Source of the DNA: Candidatus Desantisbacteria bacterium CG1_02_49_89
Lineage (GTDB): Bacteria > Desantisbacteria > UBA1551
Length of the DNA stretch: 43,315 bases
NCBI GenBank assembly: GCA_001871075.1
Contig: MNUP01000128.1
Span: 1-43,315, forward strand
Reading direction: 5' to 3'
Within the stretch, counting starts at the first letter, position 1; each line of letters begins with the position of its first letter. The position numbers and the translations under genes were made by a program. Below, one piece after another: positions 17,183-25,841 of this stretch. The notes beneath the pieces were generated by a model. That model ran no database searches, had not been told where the DNA came from, and worked only from the letters and a program-made list of their open reading frames with translations.

Positions 17183-19444
17183 TCAGAATAAATCTTTCTT
17201 CTTCCTAAGGAGCCATTCGGCGGAGATCGCGCCGATAAAACCGAACAGATAGACCATGTCATGCAGGCGCTTTTCAACGTCTATCTGCGCAACAATGCTC
17301 GCACCTCCGCCTGCGGCTTCGGCAGGCAGAGAAGCCAGGGTCTCAGGCGTGTAATACTTTCCGCCTGAACCCGCGGCGATACCGGTAAGCATAGACTCGT
17401 CCATTCCTTCTCTTGCCATCTCGATATCTTCCTCTGTGACAGTGAAACGCGCTTCTCTCTGCTCAAGAGTAACGTTCCCCGCCCTTCCTTTCGCGGATAT
17501 TTTGTAAGAGCCGGGAGAAGCGGGGAAATAATCCGAATACCACTCGCGCTCAGCCATGGCAACAGGCTTAAGCGTAAGGTTTATGTCCTCGTTATCAGGG
17601 GTTGTAAGGGTTGCCTGGACCTGCGGGCTTTGCTGCTGCTCAGCCTCCGGCGCGCCTTCGGCGGAAACGATCTTCGGCGCCTGGATCATAATGCGCACAG
17701 GTTCTCCCGATGAGAACCGGTCCTTGTCAAGGCTTATCTGGATTTCGGGTTTCGCGTCAGTTCCGGGTTCCCTGCGCACAAGCCACCTGAAAACCTGGCC
17801 CCAGAATTTCTGGTAAGCGTCTTCCTGGCCTTTGAACTGGGAAGGATTTACCTTCCACTTCCAGGTGGTGTCAGCTCCCCACACAGCGGTTTTTCCTTTG
17901 CCGAAGTTCTGAACAGCCATAAGCACCGGAATTATGTTCGGGGACGAAACATTGGGGTTCACGGCAAGCACTGTCGCGCCGATCTTAACGGCGCGCGCCG
18001 GCACGCAGCCTGAAAGCACAGGAAGGGTTGACCAGAATTTCCTGTTCGCCTCGGGATCTTCGAGATAATTGAATATCGGGTGCAAAGCGCCTTCTTTTGT
18101 CAGGTTGATGTAGAAATCCCCGGTGATCCAGGAGGATTCGGGAGTGCCGGCTACTATGGGCAATGCCTGGGCTATGGGAGAGCGCTCAAAGGTGCCGCTT
18201 CCGAAAACCTTTGTGCCAAGGAACAAAACTCCCTGCCCGCCCTCGGAAACGCAGGTTGAAAGGTTCGCAAGGAAATCATCCCCCAGGAAATTCCTTTCAA
18301 CGTCCCCTATTATCACTATCTGGTATTTTGAAAGCTCGTCTATGGTTGTGGGGAAAGGCCTTTTCCTCTGGTCAGCAGCGCTGTCCACCTGAAGGAACTT
18401 TGTCTTGCCCATCCTCAGGAAACAGGTAAGGTCTATGTTGCGGTCAGCCTCAAGCGCCCTTTTTAAGAATTTGAATTCCCAGCGCGGGGTGCCTTCTATA
18501 TAAAGAAGAGTTAAGTGCGGGCTTGCCACGTAAACGGAGAAACCGTTCTCAGCAGGCGCAACCCCTGCCTGAGGGGAAACGATGACTTTGAACTGGCGGC
18601 TTCCGATCTCCTGCGGTATCCACTGGATCGTCAGATTCTGGACCGGCTTTGACATATCGAGCAGGACCTGTTTCTTGTAAACGGTTTTTTGCCCGTCTTT
18701 CAGCTCAAGGTCAGCTTTCTGGTTCTGGAAACCCTCGCTCTTAACAGTGACCTCGATCTGGGCGATGTTATCAGCCATAAGACGGCGGTTGAACTGAACG
18801 CCGGCAATGGAAACTTTCCGCGCGATGACTTTAGAGCCTGCGCCTCCTGTGCCGACGGCAAAAACCGGGACACCCAGGTTCTGGGCGGCGAAAACCGGGT
18901 CAGAACCATAGTTGGAAGCTCCGTCGCTTATCAGAACGCAGGCAGAGACCTTATCCCTGCCGAATTTTTCCTCGATGTAATTGAACGCCTGGCTTATGTC
19001 CGTGTACCTGCCTTCAGGGGCCTTTATAAGGGAAAGGTCCTGGCCTGAAAGCTCAAGGGTTCCCTGGGAGAACTGGAAATAGCGGACCTTGAATTTCTTT
19101 TTGAGCTCCTGGAATTCAGAAGAGTTTATGATCTGCAGAGCGTTCTCTGCCCGCGTAGCCCCGGAAGAACCCGGGAAACCCATGCTCCTGGACCCGTCCA
19201 CCAGCACGCACAAGCCGGTTTTTTCCTTTCCTTTCTGCTGCCAGGAAAGCACGGGGTCAAGGAAAAGAAGGACGATAAAAAAGACCGCCAGGTACTTGAG
19301 GGCAAGCAGGAAATACGCGAACCTGCCTGTGCCGGCGCGGGCAAGGCGGCGGTAGGAAAAGAAAACAAAAACACAGACCGCAGCTATTACAAGCCAGAAG
19401 GCGAGGACGGGCACCCGGGAAATAACTACCTTAAAGTTTTCCAT
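17183..19444 (-). CDS. Membrane protein with vWA and glutamine-amidotransferase-like domains
   Basis: MIDAS-like VLVDGSRSM, LISDG, LYIEGTPRWEFKFL; N- and C-terminal TM segments ending EWLLRK. Confidence 0.82.
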   Translation of the reverse strand: MENFKVVISRVPVLAFWLVIAAVCVFVFFSYRRLARAGTGRFAYFLLALKYLAVFFIVLLFLDPVLSWQQKGKEKTGLCVLVDGSRSMGFPGSSGATRAENALQIINSSEFQELKKKFKVRYFQFSQGTLELSGQDLSLIKAPEGRYTDISQAFNYIEEKFGRDKVSACVLISDGASNYGSDPVFAAQNLGVPVFAVGTGGAGSKVIARKVSIAGVQFNRRLMADNIAQIEVTVKSEGFQNQKADLELKDGQKTVYKKQVLLDMSKPVQNLTIQWIPQEIGSRQFKVIVSPQAGVAPAENGFSVYVASPHLTLLYIEGTPRWEFKFLKRALEADRNIDLTCFLRMGKTKFLQVDSAADQRKRPFPTTIDELSKYQIVIIGDVERNFLGDDFLANLSTCVSEGGQGVLFLGTKVFGSGTFERSPIAQALPIVAGTPESSWITGDFYINLTKEGALHPIFNYLEDPEANRKFWSTLPVLSGCVPARAVKIGATVLAVNPNVSSPNIIPVLMAVQNFGKGKTAVWGADTTWKWKVNPSQFKGQEDAYQKFWGQVFRWLVRREPGTDAKPEIQISLDKDRFSSGEPVRIMIQAPKIVSAEGAPEAEQQQSPQVQATLTTPDNEDINLTLKPVAMAEREWYSDYFPASPGSYKISAKGRAGNVTLEQREARFTVTEEDIEMAREGMDESMLTGIAAGSGGKYYTPETLASLPAEAAGGGASIVAQIDVEKRLHDMVYLFGFIGAISAEWLLRKKKDLF

Positions 19445-19579
19445 AGAAAATTACCACGAAAGCACGAAATTTGGAGTAGAGCATTTAGGAGTAGACCCTT
19501 TAGGGTCGTAAAACAACGGGGCTAAAGCCCCTACTCCCAAAACTACGATAAAAATCCTTGTTGTTGCATTGACACGTTG

Positions 19580-19654
19580 CCTGCCCGCCGTAGTATTAGC
19601 AAACCTTCTTCGGATAGAAGAGTTTTAGGTTTGCTAAGTCTTTACGTAGGCGGG
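19580..19654 (-). repeat. Long-hairpin mini-element family 2
   Basis: 75-nt insert; deleting it restores the 8-mer array TTGACACG-TTGATACG-TTGACACG. Confidence 0.7.
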
Positions 19655-19683
19655 ATACGTTGACACGTTGACACGATTTTAAA

Positions 19684-21621
19684 CTAAGATTCCTGACTGC
19701 TCCTGGAAACCAGCCAGTTAGAAAGTATTGACTCCGCTACCAGTAAACCTAAAAGGAGCCAGGCAAGAGGGACGCGAAGGGATATGCCCTGGCGGCGCAG
19801 CGCTATTTCCTCAAGAAGCCGCGGGTCCTTGGCATCCAGGATCGCCGGCGAAAGCCCTTTGAAATAAGAATTTACCTTGTCTTTTGAAACCGGGGTAAGG
19901 TCGGATTCAGCCGGGTCAGGATTATCCTCAGATCCCAGTCCCTGCCTCGGCAGAAGATAGCGCATGATCTCGTGAACGAACGCGACGAAGACCGGCTTCA
20001 CGTAAAAATCGTTCCATCCCACGGATGGAAGGCCGGCGAAAGCAAGCACCTTTCCCCTGCCAAAGCTTTTTTCAAGCAGGAACGGGTAGGAGTTGTCAAA
20101 CGAGGCAAGGATGCCTGTGCCTGAATCAGCCGAAGCCCTTAGAGACCAGAACTTGAAAAAGTGCGCTGAGCCCAGGTCACCCTGGCCCGGAGCCTGGAAA
20201 GCGGCGAAAATAGGATGCCTCCAGTCCACAAGGGAGATGCTTGAGAATCCTTTTCCTTTTGAAACGTCAATAAGATCCCCAACTTCCGCGGGGAAGAAAG
20301 AAGCGCCGGAAGCGCCAAGCTCGTTATTATAATACGCCTTATCAATACTGTCACCCAGGAAGAAGATCGCGCTGCCCCCGTCTTTCACGAACGAAGACAG
20401 GCGCTGGAGATCCGGGTCTGCCATCCGCCTCACGTCCATAAGCACCACTGACGCGCAGTTGCTGAGGTCAGCCCCTTCCAGCTGGGACGCCGAGATGAAC
20501 TGGACTGAGAACGGAGACGATATTTTGCCTGCCTGGGGGTTGAGAGCGGCGGCGAGGAACACTGCCTGCCGCAATGAGGCGTCTGAAAGGTCGTTAAGCG
20601 CGAAAATAACGTCCAGCTTCTGCCTTACTTCAATGACAAAGTCCCGCCTGTCATCCGCGGCAAGAGAATCCGGCTCTATTTCAACGAACCCGGAGTGGAC
20701 ACCGGGCTCAGGCGATTCTTCCATAAAGCTGACTGACGCGGAGCTGTTGCCCGCGACCTGCGCTATGCGGCTTGTTTTTTTAACCCCGTTTATGTAAAGG
20801 GCGGCTGAAACAGACCTGTCAGCGAAGGAAAAATTGGAAAGCACGGCGCGGACCTCGAATTTCTGGCCGCGGACGCTTACCCCGGGAAAAACGTTGACGC
20901 CTGTCACAGCCGCGTTAATGAAATCGTAGGACCCGAAATTGATAATGTTAAGCCTGGTCCTTTCCTTCATATTATCGCTTATCCTCACGGATCCGGGGCC
21001 TTCCATGACAGCGCGCTGCATGTCGGTCAGGAAAAATATTTCTTTGTTAAGCTCGGGAGCGGGATTGAGAAGCTGGAACGCCCTGGACAGCGCGGGATTA
21101 AGGTCTCCGCCCTTCCTGGAAATACCCGCGGCCTTAATGCCGTCGCGCACTGAAGCAAGGCTGTAGTTAAGGGCTGAAGGATTTGGCTGGCTGTCGTCAT
21201 CCAGCAGCACAAGCGCCGCGCCGCCGTCCGATATCCCGCCCAGGATCTTTGCCGCTATTTCCTTTGCTTTTTCAAAGCGCGTAGCGCCTTCCTCAGAATA
21301 ATCCATGCTTACCGTGTTGTCAAGCACGAAAACCGCGTCTGTGCTGGCACCCGGATTGGAAAAAAGCCTGCCCGCGTATTTCATAACAGGACGGGCAAGG
21401 AGTATTGCGAGTATCGCCAGGCAGGCAATGCGGACAATGAGCAGGATAAGCTGGAATATCTAGACCCTGCGCACGGTTTTTTTCTGCATCTCAATGAGGA
21501 ACTTTAAACTCGGAAAAAAGACGGTTTTCTTCCTGCGCCTGCCGATAAAGTGCAGGATGATGGGGATGGAGACTGCGGAAAGGCCGAAGAGTAACCAGGG
21601 AGTGAGGAAAGAGAGACCCAC
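19684..21621 (-). CDS. BatA-domain + vWA membrane protein with an in-frame TAG at 21460-21462 (possible pseudogene)
   Basis: AAGGAG RBS and GTG at 21621; MGLSFLTPWLLFGL..IPIILHF..FPSLKFL..*..LLARP is a BatA N-terminus in frame with ORF 19684-21384 (VLDNTVSM, LTDMQ). Confidence 0.8.
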
Positions 21622-21650
21622 TAAAAACTCCTTATTTTAAATTGCAAATG

Positions 21651-22411
21651 AAAAAAGGGGACGGGTTCATTTATTTTCCTCTTTGAACGGCCTGCCTCTT
21701 CTTCTTATCTGCATTTTTCTGCCTAAAATATTTTCTATCTTTTCTTTGAATACATCATTCCCAAAGGCTACTCCCTTATTTACTGACTCTGTAATAAGTT
21801 TCCATTCAAAATCAGGTATGCTTTCTTTAAACCATTTCTCATATTTTTTTTGCCTTTCATCTTCATTGCTACCCAAAGATAAAAACCAGGAATCAAAATC
21901 AAGAAGCGGATCTGCTTTAAAACCGATCTTGCCATTATAGCTACTCCATTTATAATCTCCGGGCAACCGCGTGATCCCCGCTCTTGCCGGATTCATTTCT
22001 ATGTATCTGGAACAAGCAAGCAGATAATTATCCATGGAAACCGGGGAGCTCCTGAATCTCCCCTCCCAAAGCGTACCGGTACGTTTATATTTTTTATTCA
22101 CATACTGAGCATATTTCTGAGCAATGGATTTAATAAATTTAGCAAGATGCTCTTTGACTAGCGGTTCAAGTAAAAAATGAACGTGGTTATTCATCAGAAC
22201 ATATGAATATAAATTCATTTCATATTCTGTTTTCGCGATTTTTATCAACCTTAAGAAATATTGAAAATCGTCATCGCAAAAAAATATGACTTGTTTATTA
22301 TTGCCTCTATGAATAATATGATATGTTACATTCGCAAGAGCACGCCTGGCATATCTTGGCATTATCTTTTTGCCTCTTTATAGTTAAATAAATGAACCCG
22401 TCCCCTTTTTT
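21651..22411. mobile_element. Y1-transposase element with perfect 26-bp terminal inverted repeats (TIRYT/RAYT-like)
   Basis: AAAAAAGGGGACGGGTTCATTTATTT at 21651-21676 and its reverse complement at 22386-22411; interior is AT-rich compared with the flanking genes. Confidence 0.8.
21667..22362 (-). CDS. HUH Y1 tyrosine transposase (IS200-like/REP-associated family)
   Basis: MPRYAR..YHIIHRGNN, YVLMNNHVHFL (HUH), GTLWEGRF, RYIEMNP, Y.WSSY, C-terminal RGRP. Confidence 0.92.
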   Translation of the reverse strand: MPRYARRALANVTYHIIHRGNNKQVIFFCDDDFQYFLRLIKIAKTEYEMNLYSYVLMNNHVHFLLEPLVKEHLAKFIKSIAQKYAQYVNKKYKRTGTLWEGRFRSSPVSMDNYLLACSRYIEMNPARAGITRLPGDYKWSSYNGKIGFKADPLLDFDSWFLSLGSNEDERQKKYEKWFKESIPDFEWKLITESVNKGVAFGNDVFKEKIENILGRKMQIRRRGRPFKEENK

Positions 22412-23297
22412 ATTTCGCCTGTTTCTGGGTCAGGTACGCGGCAAGGACGCGGTCGTACGGGACGGAGGTGTTAATTGGAACGTAATCTATCTGGCTCTCG
22501 GAACAGACTTTTTTATAGTGTTCGACAAAATCTTTCACGCGCCTGCAGTATTCGTCGCGCAGCGCCCGGGGATAGAGGAACATTTTGTCCCCGGATTCCA
22601 GGTCCTGAAGGGTCAGGGACTCGGAAAAGGAAAAATCCAGCTCCATTTTGTCCAGCACGTGGAAAATAATGCACTCGTGCTTGTTGTGCCTGAAGTGTTT
22701 CAGGGCTGACAGCACTTCGTCCTCATTGTCAAGCAGGTCTGAAATAAGTATTATAAGGGCGCGCCTTTTTATTATGTTCGCCAGGTCGTGGCAGGGTTTC
22801 GCGATGGAGCTTTTACCGGAAGACCGCAGGTCCTGCAAAGAGTTCAGTATGACCTGCAGATGGCCCGGGGTGCTGCGCGGAGGAATGATCCTGTCCAGGG
22901 AAGAGGAGAAAGGGGCAAGACCGACGGCATCCTGCTGTTTTATAAGAACGTAGGAAAGAAGCGCGGAAAGGTAACAGCCGTATTCAAGCTTGGTCTGCCC
23001 GTTTGAGGTGTAGCCCATGGACGAGCTGCGGTCCAGCAAGATATAGGCCTTAAGGTTTGTTTCTTCCTCATACTGCTTGATGTAGTAGCGGTCTGACCGG
23101 GCAAAGACCTTCCAGTCAATGCGGCGTATCTCATCACCCCAGGTGTAGGCACGGTGCTCGCTGAACTCAACGCTGGAGCCCTTGTAAGGGCTGCGGTGCA
23201 GGCCCGTGACAGTGCCTTCCACCGCCCCGCGGGGCAGGAAGGAAAGGTTTGTGAACTTGCTGATGATATTTGGGTCAAGATAACGGGAAGCGGGCAA
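22410..23297 (-). CDS. DUF58 domain-containing protein
   Basis: GLHRSPYKGSSVEFSEHRAY..GDEIRRIDWK..YEEET..LLDRSSSM; TTG start with AGGAG RBS. Confidence 0.92.
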   Translation of the reverse strand: MPASRYLDPNIISKFTNLSFLPRGAVEGTVTGLHRSPYKGSSVEFSEHRAYTWGDEIRRIDWKVFARSDRYYIKQYEEETNLKAYILLDRSSSMGYTSNGQTKLEYGCYLSALLSYVLIKQQDAVGLAPFSSSLDRIIPPRSTPGHLQVILNSLQDLRSSGKSSIAKPCHDLANIIKRRALIILISDLLDNEDEVLSALKHFRHNKHECIIFHVLDKMELDFSFSESLTLQDLESGDKMFLYPRALRDEYCRRVKDFVEHYKKVCSESQIDYVPINTSVPYDRVLAAYLTQKQAK

Positions 23298-23425
23298 GGT
23301 AACTCCTTAAAAACGTATCAACGTATCAGCGTATCAACGTGTCAGAGTAACTACAAGGATTTAATAAATAAAATCTCAAAGTTTTAAATAAATTCCTTAT
23401 GCATTTGCGTTGACACGTTGACACG

Positions 23426-24427
23426 CTATTTATATTCAGGTTCCTTTATTGTTTCTAAAAGTTTGTCGATGATGGAATCAGAGGTGATGCCGTCCGCCTC
23501 GGCGTTGAAGTTCGCTATGATGCGGTGCCGCAGGGCCGAGTGGGCGACTGCCTGGACGTCCTTGCAGCTGATATTGCACCTTCCCTCCATGATCGCGCGG
23601 GCTTTCGCCCCGATAACAAGGCACTGCGCCGCCCTTGGGCCGGCTCCCCAGCTTACCCACTTTTTCACGAAATCAGGGCAGTCCGGCTGGTTGGGCCGGG
23701 TTGAACGGGTTATCGCAAGAGTATAGTTGACAACGTGCTCTGAAACGGGAAGCTTGCGCACGAGTTTCTGCATGCGCAATATCTCCTCCCCTTTCATGAC
23801 AACGTCCAGCTCGGTCACGTCCTCGCTTGTGGTAGCGGTTATTATCTTCCTCTCGTCTGCTTCAGACGGGTAATCAATTTTTATGTTGAACATGAACCTG
23901 TCCAGCTGGGCTTCAGGCAGAGGATAGGTGCCTTCCTGCTCAATGGGGTTCTGGGTCGCGAGCACGAAGAACGGCTCCTGGATCGGGTACGTGACGCCGC
24001 CGACAGTGACGCGGTATTCCTGCATAGCCTCAAGAAGCGCTGCCTGGGTTTTCGGCGGGGTCCTGTTTATTTCGTCAGCCAGGAGCACGTTGGCGAAAAC
24101 CGGGCCCTGTATGAAACGGTAACTGCGCTTTCCGGTTGAGCGGTCCTCCTCGATGACCTCTGTGCCGGTTATGTCTGACGGCATCAGGTCAGGAGTGAAC
24201 TGTATGCGGTTGAACTTCAGGTTCATCACCCGCGCTATGGTGCGCACCAGCAGGGTTTTGGCAAGCCCGGGCACCCCGACAACAAGGCAGTGGCCGCGCG
24301 AAAAAAGCCCTATGAGCATCTCCTCAACAACCTCTTTCTGGCCGATGATGACCTTTGAGATCTCCTTCAGCATTTTCTCTTTCGCCTGCTTTACTTCCTC
24401 GACGATCTTTGCCTCGCTGTCAACCAT
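23426..24427 (-). CDS. moxR: MoxR-family AAA+ ATPase
   Basis: GVPGLAKT, RIQFTPDLMPSD, LADEINR, ATQNPIEQEGTYPLPEAQLDRF. Confidence 0.95.
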   Translation of the reverse strand: MVDSEAKIVEEVKQAKEKMLKEISKVIIGQKEVVEEMLIGLFSRGHCLVVGVPGLAKTLLVRTIARVMNLKFNRIQFTPDLMPSDITGTEVIEEDRSTGKRSYRFIQGPVFANVLLADEINRTPPKTQAALLEAMQEYRVTVGGVTYPIQEPFFVLATQNPIEQEGTYPLPEAQLDRFMFNIKIDYPSEADERKIITATTSEDVTELDVVMKGEEILRMQKLVRKLPVSEHVVNYTLAITRSTRPNQPDCPDFVKKWVSWGAGPRAAQCLVIGAKARAIMEGRCNISCKDVQAVAHSALRHRIIANFNAEADGITSDSIIDKLLETIKEPEYK

Positions 24428-24562
24428 TTAACCTCCGAAAATCAATTATGAGTTATGAATTATGAATTATGAGTGAAGGAATCAGGGCTTTTGCCCTGAA
24501 TTGAAATAAAAATCCTTGCTGTTGATTCATAATTCATAAATCATAATTCATAATTATATTTA

Positions 24563-25138
24563 TTATTTAATTTCTAAGGAAATATTGTCGAACCAGACGA
24601 TGCCGGCAGGATAGCAGCCGTACAGAATGACCCGCGCCTCTTTTATGCTCTCCTTGGGTATGGGAAAATCGGTTTCAAAGTGCTTCCACTCTCCCTCTTC
24701 CTCTTTCTTAAACTCGCAGTCAATCTGGAACTGGAACACCAACAGCTTCCCTTTTTCAGGGTCGTCTTTGTAGCCTTTTACGAAAACAAGGACGTATGGG
24801 ATCCTGCCCTTGGTCTTGCCCTCGGCGCGCACGTCAGCTGAAACAATGTATTTTTTGCCGAACTGCACGGGTATGAGGTCGGACTCAAAACCGAAACCTT
24901 CGATGGAGGCTATTGATTCGAATTCCGCGGCCTTCTCGTTCATCAGGAATTTTAAGCTACGGCCGCTCTTTGATATCTTGCTGTCAAATACAACATTCTT
25001 ACCCCATTGCACCTTCCCCTTCACGTCGCCTATGGTATTGACATGCCAGAATGCGGGAGAATCCTTGCCGTCCTCAAAACTACCGTTGGAAAGCAAGCTT
25101 GCCGCCGCAACCAGAATAATAAAGGCATTACCGATCAT
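24563..25138 (-). CDS. Exported protein with a carbohydrate-binding-module-like (CBM4/9-type) beta-sandwich
   Basis: Short N-terminal hydrophobic segment, LLSNGSFE start, G.VWFDNISL end. Confidence 0.68.
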   Translation of the reverse strand: MIGNAFIILVAAASLLSNGSFEDGKDSPAFWHVNTIGDVKGKVQWGKNVVFDSKISKSGRSLKFLMNEKAAEFESIASIEGFGFESDLIPVQFGKKYIVSADVRAEGKTKGRIPYVLVFVKGYKDDPEKGKLLVFQFQIDCEFKKEEEGEWKHFETDFPIPKESIKEARVILYGCYPAGIVWFDNISLEIK

Positions 25139-25383
25139 AGAAGCTCCCGAAAACTAGAATAGCCACTGAGTACCACTGAGTTCACTGAGTTGCTTTGTAA
25201 ACTACGTAAACTATGTAAACTTTATAAACTGTCTTTTGACCACGGAGGCACGGTCGCCCCTACGGCGACCCGCCGATGAGGCGGGAGACTACCTTATTGA
25301 TCTTTGGCTTTAAACTAATGACAAATGACTAATGACTGCCCTTTAACCACGAATTAACACGAATTTCCACGAATTATTAACTA

Positions 25384-25612
25384 GAGCCTGGCAACTAATT
25401 CATATACCGAGGGGAAAACCATAGCAAAACATTCAATTTACCCCCATTTTAAGGCTCTTTTAGGCTGTTTTTGGGGGTAAATCTGAAGTATTAGTTGCCA
25501 CTTACCCCCATAGCCTCTCCGACGAGAACTTTTCATACACATATTTGAACACAATAGCAATTAATATATTACCGTCGGAAGATATTTTGAATTGCTGTTA
25601 GTTGCCACACTC
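25384..25612. mobile_element. 229-bp MITE/IS remnant with 15-bp imperfect TIRs and a 5-bp target duplication
   Basis: GAGCCTGGCAACTAA ... TTAGTTGCCACACTC (13/15 match), flanked by AACTA at 25379-25383 and 25613-25617. Confidence 0.65.
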
Positions 25613-25841
25613 AACTATATAAACTGCGTTAACTTTATAAACTGCATTTTGACCACGAAAACACGAAACCTTCGGTCAGCCACGGATGTTCACGGATAAA
25701 TTTTTGGCTTTAAACTAATGACGAATGATTAATGACAAAAGACTGCTTTGCAACCACGAATTAACACGAATTTCCACGAATTACAAACTTTGTAAACTTG
25801 TAAACTATGTAAACTTTATAAACTTCTTAGTAGGCTGTGGA

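Noticed and set aside
21460-21462. Genome-wide amber recoding
   Set aside because: TAG terminates at least four genes at plausible ends and only one internal TAG was found.
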